A stretch of 64,000 bases of DNA from Perkinsus chesapeaki ATCC PRA-425 (Eukaryota; Protista; Perkinsozoa). The notes below the pieces were generated by a model. It worked only from the letters and a program-made list of their open reading frames with translations, ran no database searches and had not been told where the DNA came from. Position 1 is the stretch's first letter; every line of letters starts with the position of its first letter. Both the position numbers and the translations under genes were made by a program. Location of the stretch: positions 186,001-250,000 of the forward strand of contig JAAPAO010000001.1 in NCBI GenBank assembly GCA_013115145.1. Direction: 5' to 3'. Below are positions 47,166 through 58,947 of the stretch, one piece after another.

Positions 47166-49713
47166 TCAACCCAAATCTCGACCTACAGCTCCGACTTGAG
47201 CGCGTGCGATAACACTTGCCCAGAACTTGTCTGTCTCCTGCATGGTCCTCCTATTGTGCTCTCCCATGAGATGCGATGCTTCCTGGGCATTCAGGTTGTG
47301 AAGCTTCGTTAGAAGGTCGGGTATGCTTTCAAAATACTGAAGGCCCGGAAATCTGCTGAAATCGCTGTACTGGTACCTGACACTGATTCACTTCTGAGAT
47401 CCGGACAGCAGTGGCTGACCAATATCGCATGGCATCAAGCCGCATGTGGCGTCGTAACCACCAAATGCCTTTACGCTTTCTGGTGAAGTCGTACGACTCC
47501 ACTGTGCTCATTTGAAAAGGTGAATAGGGAAATTCGGCTACTTCGCCATCTTGCGCTTGCCGAGGAGGAACCTATCGATAGATACGATGCTTTGTTCGTA
47601 GATTTACAGACTCCTAGCAAAGCATGTAGGTAGCAGCCACAGTACATGGTGAAGCTTCTGTTGTCCAGATCGCCGTCGTATAACACCAACACTTGAATAT
47701 GTATCCTCAATTGCTGTCGTGTTCAATGCCACCGATAAGAAATACTTCATATCTCGAACCAAGTCAAGCGCGAGGCCGGTATACCTAACCAACTTCAACT
47801 ACAGCTACAACTCCAACCTACTGAGCCTCATATGCTGGAGCGCATATAGGCTACCTCACATCACATTCTCGTTTATCACCTCATCTTACATGGTAGTTGT
47901 TTCCAAGTCCTTTTGACTGGCCGCTTCCATTGCTTTCAAGAGAAGATTCTCAGCAACGTCTCTCGCAGTGTCAGCTGATCTTACGCCTGACAATCGGGTA
48001 CACCTTGGTGATTCTTTCAAAGCTGATGCCAATTACCAGCCTCTCGAGACTCGGGAAGATCGTCGGCTTTGAACCCGTCGCCTTCTGCATTCTCTTCAAG
48101 GCTTCCGTTGTTCCCGTGCAAAACTGCGTACGGTACGTGCCCGGGCCGGATCGCTTGGTACATGGCTTCGCCAACGGAGAGCTGCCCCCTCTGGTATAAC
48201 AGTCGATACCTTGGAAAGGTCTAGTTCGCGTATGACTTTGACGGGCTCACATCCACTCCTCGCTGGGAATGAAGATTGGTACGCCCATGCTGTACAGCTC
48301 ATAGAATGTCATCTGTGCATGGTCCCAGGGCAGAAGGATCACCGCTCTGTATCGCGCAATCTCATCATAGGTGAAGGTTCGCCCTTCCTTCATGAACTCG
48401 AAATTCGGCACTTCGAGCTGTGACGCAGCAGCTTCCTCCAGAAACCGCATAAGCATGCATTCGAAGGTGTCATAGATATACAGTATAGATCGCCAAACGA
48501 GGACGGTACTTTTTATAGGAGTGTAAGTCGCCTCTGTGTAGAGGGCATGCGGGCGTACGGTTGGCCAAAGCAAGCCTGTCTGATAGTAGATCTGTTGCGT
48601 TAGTATAGGGTTGTTAGTCGCGGCTAAGACGTTTTCCCCACTAATATAGCGATCGAAGTGCCCCCACATGACACCAATATCGTTTGGTGGGCATAAATTC
48701 AACAAGGCCACTCCGAAGTAGCCAACCATTATTGGTAATTGACCGCAGATCTCCTCGCTGATCTTCATCGCCATCAAGCAAGCTGACAAAGGCTCAGTGC
48801 ATACAAGCAGCCGAGCTGCGCACAGGAAAGGATCTTCTTGATACGCCACTGCAAGCTCGGCTTCCATCGTGTGCCATGTGTGTTTCCAAGGGTCCTTCTC
48901 AACGTCTTTAAACAGGGTTGCCAGTCTGGTGCCTGCCCCATCACCCTCACAGAGCCTCTCGTCCATTGTGCACCACCTCTCCTCAAGGCCGTAGTATTTA
49001 ACTTCTATTTCCACTGGGTTCTGGAGGGCTCTGAGAAGCCTCTGTATCTGGTCTACTGGCTCTCGGCTAAGTGACCCGTGCGTGCCGATAACTGCAACTT
49101 TGAGCTCGGACAGATTCCCGACACTTCCCAACAATCTGTCGCTTGGCTGCCATATTTTATCATCTCTAGGAGGCTCTATAGGGTGTCGTTTCATGTACTC
49201 TTTATAACTAATAAATCTAGTCTCCTCAAGGTTAATCATAACGTCCATAATATCCAGCCCCCAGGTGCTACTAGACAGGTAGTCTAAGGAGAGCTCCTTG
49301 CCGCACATCACTACTATATAATGCAGATCTCTCTGCGCAATCTCGCGATACTCAGCTTCGTCGCTTTCCATTAAATGCCTTGCCCGCACGAAAAGAGCCG
49401 CCATGTACCCGTACAGGCAGAAATTGTCCTCCTCTGGGACGCCATAGCAGATGTCACGATAGAAGCCGTACGGAGGGTACTCCTTCCCATGCCACATGTC
49501 GCAGATTGCGTTGGCTTGGTGAAGCAGATCGCCGTCAAGAGGGAATCCTTTGCGTGAGTTTTCTTGGAACTTTTCCTTGAAGTCTGACCAAGTGCTGCTA
49601 CTCTCGCATTCCAAAGCTCGGGGCGACGGCCACGCCCCTGCCGTCACCAAGGTGTGTATTATTAATATTATTGATGGCAGTCGGTGGCTCGCTCGGTGTT
49701 GACCTTTAGTCAT
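47166..49713 (-). CDS. Signal-anchored glycosyltransferase-like protein (GT-B fold, tentative); ~1.47-kb first exon then short introns
   Basis: N-terminal hydrophobic segment; RYRAVILLPWDHAQMTFYELYSMGVPIFIPS resembles the GT-B nucleotide-sugar region; 3' exons FPYSPF..RYWYQYSDFSRFPGL..RDLG*. Confidence 0.7.
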
Positions 49714-49842
49714 CTTTTGTATGTTCTATATTTGACAACACTGACTTCAGGTAACACAACTGCCATTATTTCTGAGACTAACGTGTCGGCAAATGTATCA
49801 GGAATGGTAACGAAGAGCAACAATCGGTCATCGACCCAAGGT

Positions 49843-51034
49843 CTACTCTTTCCCTTCGATCCTCCAAGCAGTGCAAGCAGTACCTGAGCGGAACCGTCGG
49901 GACCAAGATAATATACTAGATAAATTACAAACAAAGATGAGTGCCATCGCATTGGTCTGCTGGCTTTCTGGAAGCTGCCAGAAAACAGCTTCGTGGTTGG
50001 GACAGTTGTTGCAAGTGTACTCGGTAGTTCTCGAGAGGGTAGGGTCATGTATCACATCGCTTCGAATCATCAATGCTTCCCTAAGACAGAGCAATGCTAC
50101 AAAAGATTCGAAATGAGGTCGATTGATTACTTGTGATGATAAGATACGTCATTCCTGAAAACTACTAAGTCATCTGCATTTATGTTATCCAGTTCATCAT
50201 CCTTCGACACTACCCTTTGCACGTATGGGCATGTCCTGAATTGACGTGTACTCTTGAGGGGAACACATCAACTCGAGATTATCTCAGATCAGCAGCCAGA
50301 GCTACATTCCTCTTATTAATGGTTGGTAAGTCTGTAAAAATTTAATGAAGTTTCTCCGAATCCCTCCCGAGCAGTGAACTGATGTAAGCAATGGCATTAA
50401 TATATCCGACGCTAAGCCTGTAGGAGAGAGGCTGCATGAGATGAGGATACTTGAAGTGACGATGAGAGGGATATTATATTGGAAACCATAGACAATACCA
50501 GATAGACGATCATATATTATTGAAACGCGAAGGGTAGAGCAGTTTCAACCTTAATATCCTATTGTAGCATTACTACTATTAATATCCTATTGTAGCATTA
50601 CTATTATTAATATCCTATTGAAGCATTACTATTATTAATATCCTATTGTAGCATTACTATTATTAATATCCTATTGAAGCATTACTATTATTAATATCCT
50701 ATTGAAGCATTACAATTATTAATATCCTATTGTAGCATTACTATTGTTAATATCCTATTGTAGCATTACTATTATTAATATCCTATTGTAGCATTACTAT
50801 TATTAATATCCTATTGAAGCATTACTATTATAAATATCCTATTGTAGCATTACTATTATTAATATCCTATTGTAGCATTACTATTATTAATATCCTATTG
50901 TAGCATTACTATTGTTAATATCCTATTGAAGCCCTATATTACCTGCATGCATACTCTAATGCCACTTCCCTTTTATTTTCCCGAGGATATAACAGATTAT
51001 TGCACTCCGGACAGAACTTAAGCTGGGCGGACAT
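49843..51034 (-). CDS. RPB9: RNA polymerase II subunit RPB9, 4 exons
   Basis: MSAQLKFCPECNNLLYPRE..YACR|TCPY..DPTLSRT..CNNC..EAVFWQ..MALIFVC|TAC (two zinc ribbons); intron 1 is ~700 nt. Confidence 0.95.
50551..50932. repeat. 28-bp minisatellite, ~13.6 copies, in RPB9 intron 1
   Basis: Unit TTAATATCCTATTG(T/A)AGCATTACTATTA at a strict 28-nt period. Confidence 0.97.
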
Positions 51035-51145
51035 GCCTTAAACAACTCAATTACAACCTCTGAGGGACGAAAAACAAAATGTGTAAACATGAATCGCTTC
51101 GCTCCGCCGAGCGACGCGATATCATCATTGTTGTGCCGAGACAAG

Positions 51146-52654
51146 ATGGGGTTGTTTGGTAAGAAGAGATTATCGTCTAAGACATCGGAAGCAGTCACCC
51201 AGAATACAAAGGCCCAAGTGGATACCACAGCCGAAGGGTACCTATATGGGTTGGAAGGAGACAGATATTGTGTGCTAGGGCACGGCGAAGTGAAAGTAGT
51301 CGGGCTTCTACTACTGTAAATGACTTTATTGCACGAAGCAAACAAAATCAGAAACACGGTATAAAGCCTAGTGGACCAGAGCTAGTGGCTTATGCTAAGT
51401 AGGCAAATAAAGTATAAGTGCATTAGTGAAGCTTAGATACCTTGGCGTCGACCCTGTGGCAGACGGGGACCTACTGTGGCTTGCTGAGGAGGCCATAACC
51501 GCACCACTACCAGGTAGAGGCATTTAGTATAGTGTCGATTAAATGAGATGAAATAGGGGAATGGACAGAGCATTTTGATCAAAGTGATCGGGTATTTTAT
51601 TACAATGCAGAGAGTCGATTTTCAACATGGACGCATCCATTGGAAAACCTCTATAGAGAGACGTGAGGTTAAGCGTGCATTTCACACCGTGAAGGATACT
51701 CCTTCTAGGTACAAGGTGATCACCTCCATCAGGAGTCCTAGTGTCTCTCAGGAAGCAAAGTAGCTCTAAGCTGCAATAGAAAATAACTTTTAGCATGTTC
51801 CGGTAGGCTGCAACATATCCAGGCATATCAAAATGACCTCGTCGCCCTCGATCGTGAAGTAATATTCCCCTCCATCAAAAGCTGTATGTAGAGGTAGGTA
51901 CAGGAGACACTGACCGACTGGGGTGAACATGCCGATGATAGCGGGTGCCAATTCTATTCAAATAGACAGACGGGGAAGAGTACATGGACAGATCCTCGGA
52001 CTGCTGTATGTCATTGCTTCCAACTTAAAAGCAAAGTCTTTAAGATGTTATGTTCCTATGCTGGTAGTATGGTATAATATAGTAACCGCCTTAGGTTGCT
52101 TAAGGTAGGCCTGAGGTACCCTCCGGATGATAATAGGGAGAAAGTCGGTAGCCCCCTGCCACCGGTGGGCTCGGCTAGGAGCTCTCCAAGGAGGGTGACG
52201 CCGGCAAGGGGGAGTGAAGCGACGATAAGAGAGAAAATGGTAGGGTAGGGCGCTAGGTTGGTGGGCAGGGATAAGGTCAGGTGGAAGAGACGAATTTGGA
52301 AGTTGATGTTGCTGCTGCGGGATTAGACGGAAATATGGTATGAATAACTGTGAGTTGGGCGGGACAAATCACACAGGACTTGGCTCGAGAGGAGGGAACG
52401 GTGAAGAAAAAGAAAAAGAAGAAGCATAAAAAGCATCATAGACACCACGAGGATGAGGGAACGCCGAGTCCGGCACCGCAAAGTAGACGGGAACGGTAGG
52501 CTACTTGGAATGCTTCCCAGGCGTATCTCCTGGGCCACCACTACCGGTGCGCCCAGGCTTGGGTTTGCCCGCAGCAAGCCGTGGTGGTAGTATTATTAGT
52601 AGTACGTCTGTTATTAGGGACGGACCCTTGCCGGACATGGGCACTAATAAGTGA
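51146..52654 (+). CDS. CEP164-like protein with two WW domains, multi-exon
   Basis: AYAK|YLGVDP..DLLWLAEEAITAPLPGEWTEHFDQSDRVFYYN..STWTHPL (CEP164-type N-terminus); second WW WGEHADDSG..FYSNRQTGKSTWTDPR; Lys-rich tail. Confidence 0.8.
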
Positions 52655-52779
52655 GAAGTGAACGCCTACACGGGTTGAGGGAACCTCTGCTGTATTAGGA
52701 TTAGGACTGCTGGGATACGCCTGGAGCCGCTGCCTCGTCGACCGAGTGATGTGACATGACCCTCACTTTGTATTATTCT

Positions 52780-53492
52780 CCTTACTTGACAGCAGCTACT
52801 GTGTTCCGTAAGATGCAGGCTGTACTGCAGTGAGCCTAGTTATGGTATATGTTTTCCTTTGCCTCCGGCCCCCCTCCACCGCCATTGTAACAGCTAAGAT
52901 AGTAGTATGGGTAGTATTTATTCTGGCTTTGCTGCCCAGTGCTGTCGAGGCTGATAGTGGATCAGGCTGTCTGATTAATTGGAAGATACCCGAGTTTATA
53001 GTGCGGGATGAGCAAGGTAATAAAGGGAGGGAATGACGGGCGTCTGTTATAACATAAGACATTCTATTTAACCAATGCCGAATACTGAATGCGTTCTTCA
53101 GTATCATTTGTGATTTGAAGTGGTAACATATCTCCATGCAACTTGGTAGAAAATCAGTCTGACTACTGATTTGGATCATATATATCGCGCAGGCGCCGCC
53201 TCTAAAGCGTTGTCTAGTTTAATAAAGCTAGTTGAGGCCGGAGTGTTTTACAATGACCTTGGAGGCAGCGCTTTTAGGCCAGTAGTGAGCCTAGATATCG
53301 TTACAGTTCTTAATATATTCAATATAATCCTTTTCCATTTAACCGCCCATCTCTTTCATAGGTAACATTGCCCGTATCGATAATGATGTGGATGCGTGCC
53401 TAGTACTATCTGGTGTTACCTTCCTTAACATCTTTGCCTTTTACGCCTTGTTCTGGTTTATGATACGCACTTTAATGTTATCAACCCAATAG
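52780..53492 (+). CDS. Possible hypothetical membrane protein, multi-exon (start unresolved)
   Basis: Hydrophobic exons KIVVWVVFILALLPS and FLNIFAFYALFWFMI with splice-like boundaries. Confidence 0.35.
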
Positions 53493-54104
53493 CAGCATGT
53501 AGCATTGAGCATGAGGCTTTAGCCAATACCATGTTAGACCGAGGGCCCCTTTGAATCTATTACAGGTCTCTTGTTGGGTTCAGTTATTATCAATATGGGG
53601 CAGTGGCTGTCTCCTTCACTGTAGGAGATGGTTAGTAGTATGGGTAGGCTCACACCCGGCTCACTGAGTCGAGTGGTATCTGGGGGAAGTATGGTATATA
53701 CCGTTTCTTCCGTATAATGCCTCCCTAGTTGAGAAGCCCCAGTGAAAGTTGATTAGGAAGTGATTGCGAATCACTGACCAGATGTTGAAAATGGTCAGGA
53801 TGTGGATGTTGTTGATATTAGGATACCAGGGGCCTGTGTGCAGAGACTTGTACGTATATGTTTTAAAGCGTAACTGTCATAACTTTATTATATGATTACT
53901 TCGATATGTACACTACAGTGATATGACTCTACATTATATACGCACCTATACAGCTTTGCGACCAAGTACGGGCTCAAGCATCTTTAGCCTTGGCGCTTGT
54001 GTTACTCCGGAAGCCTTGGGGGGTGACGGGAACTTAGCCTCAGAGCCCCTTCAGGATTGTTGGTCATGGTTATAAATCAGACTGCAGTCATTTTACCAGG
54101 ATAA

Positions 54105-57100
54105 ATGGTACGGTCTTCGTCGCAATCGAGCGGTCCTGTTAGAGCGGAGTCTGGTGAGGTGATGGCAGCAAAGAGGCTTGAAGAGGTTCAGTCTGCAATG
54201 GCCAAGGCAGATCCTGCCGCCTTCTATACGTATGACACATTTGATCCGACGACAGTTAAACGGAGACCTATTAATAAGTGCGTGATGGAGGGGGACGATG
54301 CGCCCCTTCGATAAAGAAATATCATTTTTGCTACCAAGTGTAAGAGTCTGAATTTCTATAGTGAGATATAGCATTTTCAATGGATCGCCGGTAGAAGGCA
54401 GGCTTGATTCAGGGCGCGGCCGGCTCATCGAGGGGGCAGCTTGGAGGGTGAGGAGGACCCAGTGGCAGCACATAAACGACAGAAGATGGAGAATGAGGCT
54501 TTCGAGAGTCGAGCTGAGGAAGAGTATGTGACTGTGGGGGAGGTAGAGGGATTGGGTAGGGGAAGGGAGAAGTTTAATAGTGATGAGGAGTTTATCAAGT
54601 AATAGAGGATATGGAGTGGGGTGATGGTGATGGTGGTGGTGTAGGTCATCGATATTATATCTTATTGGGGTATGGAAGCATAAAAGTGAAGAGGAGAAAT
54701 GGAAGGGTGAGCATTAGTAGGGCGGCTTCTTATATAGATAAGCATTAGTAGGGCGGCTACTTATATAGATAAGCATTAGTGGGGAGGCTACTTATATGGA
54801 TAAGCATTAGTAGGGCGGCTACTTATATAGATAAGCATTAGTAGGGCGGCTACTTATATGGATAAGCATTAGTAGGGCGGCTTCTTATATAGATAAGCAT
54901 CAGTGGGGTGGCTACTTATATAGATAGGCATTAGTAGGGCGGCTACTTATATAGATAAGCATTAGTAGGGCGGCTACTTATATAGATAAGCATTAGTAGG
55001 GCGGCTACTTATATAGATAAGCATTAGTATTACTTTTTATTATCCAGGTAGTATAATAGGCAAAACTAAGACCTATCTCGATACAGTGGATAGGATGAGA
55101 CCATTGGTAACATTTCTGGAGCATGATGAGCAAACAGCAGCTGCTGCTGCCCATGGTAGGTTATGCTGGTTTGCATGGCCGTAGCCCCAAAGAATTTCTC
55201 AGGAGACGAACATAAGGTTCCCGAGACAGTTGTTAAGGTACTTACAGGAGTTTTTGAGGAGATAGAAAAGAGAGAGTAAGGCTGAGGCTTATATAGGTGG
55301 GATTTGACGGAAGTGTGGTAGGTATGTGGAAGCTAATAAGCTCTACTTGGACATGACAGTTGGTAATCAGTTATGGCCCATGGGCGGTATTAACCTCGGT
55401 AGACCATGCTGTCCCCTATTGTGTCGAATCATATCTGTTAGGAGTCGTTCAGCAAGTGTGCCGGCGAGTGGAGGAGAAATCGCATCTTTTGGACAACATT
55501 GAGGTTAAGCGTTATGTTCAGGGAGTGAAGAGGCTCATTACAGTAGCAATGACAATGTGGCCCAATGATGACCCCAGCAAGAACTTTCAACCGTGATACA
55601 TTTCGTGACTTGGGTTTATAATTCATTGTGGGCAGCGGCGACGGTGGCGGACATGGGAGACGGGAATGTAGCCTAGCCTGCAAAGGAGGGCATCAGGCCT
55701 CGCTGGAGGGAGGCGAGCCCGTAGCGCAGAATTCATTTATTAACGGTGGTGATACCTAGAGTATCTGAAACGGTTCTTAAACCGAGCCAGTTGGCATTCA
55801 AGGTCATTCAGTCAGCAGCTGGAGGAAGGGGGGATCTATTGAGGGCGGAGATATATGAGGGCATTATGGAGCAGGTCAGTTTAAATAGGAACCTTCTCCA
55901 GTGCTAGGGTAAATGATATGTTGTTCCTGTTGATACGGTGTTGTGTGTCCATGGTCTCTCTGCACCTCCTCCTCATGCTTGCTCAGATGAGAGCGAACAC
56001 TGGTAGATGGTCACCAGATCGGTTATGTACGATGCTGTTCCAAGTATCTCAAGTAGCACCAGGGAGTAAGCTGCTTCGAGATATGACAGCAGCAGCGGAG
56101 GAAGATATAACATCAGTAAGCTACCCTTAACTGTCATCTCTTTGCCTACTATCCTCCATTACTTATCTCGCTACTCCTCGCGGTTTCCCTGGTGGGGCGC
56201 CTACTAAGGCCTTGGGCACCCGGTGGGAGAGTGCCGCGGAGTTAGACTGGCCTTTATTGATATCAGCCATCGTAAGAAGCGTCTTTTCTGTAGCTGTGGT
56301 ATATCGAGCTTCGGCGCTCCGCCGTCTCATCGCGCTACGGCCTAGTAGCTAGCGCTAACCGGAAGATTGAGGATTCCTGCTTAGGCTTTGGAGTCATCAC
56401 ATCTTCGAGCTCCTCGTGGTGGTGCCAAGGAGCTCTCTCAACTAGCTATGGTTATCCGGCGAATCCCTACCTCCACAGAGTCTCGAGAGTAATTACTGAC
56501 CTCTTCACTTTTGCAGGCCTTACAATAGGTTTGAAGCTCGTCTATGGTCTTTGATGGCAACCCATATAGCTGGATTAGGCTCCTATATGGAGCTGAAGGA
56601 GTTGGCCTTCGTCGGTATAGCCATTCAAGACTGTCCAGAGGCATCGAGAACGTGAGGAGATGGGACGTGCCGTAGACGGTGTTGAGTCACGCTTTGGTGG
56701 AGACTGCGATAGCTCATAACAGCTATTAATATAGTATTATGTCAATATACGTATTTGTGCATCTTTGCCATGCCTACTGTCAAAAGCTAGCTGTCGTCAC
56801 TAATTCTTTCTTTTCATCATCTTTTCTGATATGCGCGATGGCACAAGAGATATATTTTTATTCTCAACTACATACGGTTGACTACGCTGACATACTGCGA
56901 GTAGTCTTTTATATAGGTGAAGCAGTAGGAAGTGCTGCTTTTAGGCAGGAAGTGGTGGAAGCAACCAAGTGGGTTGCTGTAGAGCTCTCACAGAGGCTGA
57001 TGCCCAGCCGTTCCCGTGACAGCAGCGATATTGTTAACATCAAAGCCATGATACTGTCAATAGGCGTGTGAGCAGCTACACTTTCTCTGGCCTGAACTTG

Positions 57101-58022
57101 TGATTTTCAGAATCGGTAGACTTATCGACCACCTCGATGACCAGAAGCAATTCATACATTTATTGCCGTCCTTGGCGGTAGAACTTTCCTGCCGAATAGC
57201 CACAGTGGAGGTCGAGGATGACCTAAGCCGTCATCAGCTAGATATCTACACTTGTTATTTTCAGTCGCTTATTGGACTTGGCCGAGCCCTTGCCGAGTAC
57301 CCGAGAGCTGGGGCTGCTTTGAGCGCACAGATGATTGTAATTAAATCCTTGCATGGCATGGCGATTCCACAAGTGTAAGGGGTTCAGTGGTGTTCAAGGT
57401 CTACATACTTGTTCAGATTATCCTTGCCTATCACAGTAGCCGACTCGGTGGACTTGGTAACTCAACTGATGAAGAAGTACAAAGGAAGGATAAAGGAGGA
57501 ACATCAGGAAGAGCTACGCAGTTTGCTAGAGCGGATTGGACGTGAAGTGATGGCAGGAATCTAGCTCAAGTGGATCGGCAAGTTGTAGGTTCTGATGCCA
57601 GTACACGAGCAGCAGCCATTTAACTTGCATCAAGTGCTAGTCATTTGTCGAGGGTACAGAGCCCTGGACTATCGGTTACCTGCTTTGTTCAAGTTCATTA
57701 AGGCAGCAGTTAGAGTTGAGCTTACTTCAAATAAGCTAGCCCTCGCTGAGGTGCTTTTCTGGGAGATGTGCTTTATTTTCTACCCTTCTTATCAGGTTAT
57801 GGAACACTGCATCGTCCTTGGCTTCAAGCAGCCCACCAATGTACGTCTCTGAGGGGGTACTAACTCTGACTCTTATCTTTCCCCCAGTTCTTTATCCCTA
57901 TCGTTGAGGCCGTGTCCAGTGAGCCGAAGTATTCTCGAACTGGCAAGAAGCTCCGGGATATGCTTGCAAAGCTACAGAAGGAATCTGAGAAGAAGCGATT
58001 CACTTTTCAAGAGATAACATGA
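54105..58022 (+). CDS. Large alpha-helical repeat protein, tentatively FASTK/heptatricopeptide-like, multi-exon
   Basis: Long chain of in-frame helical exons; FNLHQVLVICRGYRALDYRLPALFKFI resembles HPR/FASTK repeats; family call weak. Confidence 0.6.
54711..55029. repeat. 31-bp minisatellite, ~10.3 copies, intronic
   Basis: Unit GCATTAGTAGGGCGGCTACTTATATAGATAA at a strict 31-nt period, within an intron of about 54599-55047. Confidence 0.97.
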
Positions 58023-58105
58023 CATTAGTTTCGGGCTGGTTTCTGGAACCTTTGTGTGGTGTTGTTGCCCGTTTCCCCTCAGCGCCATGAGTGCAGGTTG
58101 CCTTT

Positions 58106-58843
58106 ATGCTTTTTGAGCTGCTGTCAGTAGCAATTGTTACTGTCGTGGTAGCGCCACTTCATTTGTGGCATAGGGCCGCTGCACGCGAAGCACAACGGAG
58201 AATCGACAGTTTGGCGAGGCTCGTTAGTGAGGGTCAACAGAGGGTGGAAGAGGACATGCGGAAGTATAGGAAAAAGAACGATGAAGAGCTGTTGAGTATT
58301 ACTATTGATTTGAAGGCAAGAAGAGCGATAGGTATGGGGTCTTAACTGTGGTCAGGGGGTGATGGACCGTGTGGAGGCAGTCGAAGGTCGAATGGGAGTG
58401 GTATTGAAGAGCCTGGCTCAAGTACAAGAAGAACACAGGTCATTTCAAGCTGATAAAGCGCAGATTATGATGGACTTAGTCGACCAGAAAAGTGAGCATG
58501 CACAGCCTTGGGGGGATAATGATGATGCTGTTGTTGTTATTAGGAACACTACAGCAATGTATGGTAAGATTGAAGGAGATGCGACGTAAACAAAAGGAAC
58601 AGGGCCGAGGGTCACCGGAGAAGACCGGAGAGCAGCAGCATACGAAGAGCTGCAAGTAGCTGGATGGCCTGTTGTTGATGGCGGTTGCCGATGTTGTTGA
58701 TGTTTAGATGTTTGCAGATGGATAAGTTAGGGCAGCAATGTTCGTATTGCAAACACATTGAGTCACGAGAAGAAGTGAGAGAGCATGAGGAGGGAAGCGT
58801 CATTGGCCTGCCACCAAAAAGACAACCACCCTCGCCTATATAA
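58106..58843 (+). CDS. Single-TM coiled-coil hypothetical protein, multi-exon
   Basis: MLFELLSVAIVTVVVAPLHLW hydrophobic start, then coiled-coil exons; 3' exons tentative. Confidence 0.55.
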
Positions 58844-58947
58844 TGATAACCCTTCCGAAGCATGTTTAAGCGTTTCTATTGATGCTGCTGCTTCGCGTGT
58901 TGGTGTTTGCCGCTCGGTTGTCTAGTTGAGTAGTGGTAGTTGGTAAG

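Noticed and set aside
50551-50932. 28-bp repeats as a CRISPR array
   Set aside because: Head-to-tail units with no unique spacers, no cas genes, and located in a eukaryotic intron. The same applies to 54711-55029.
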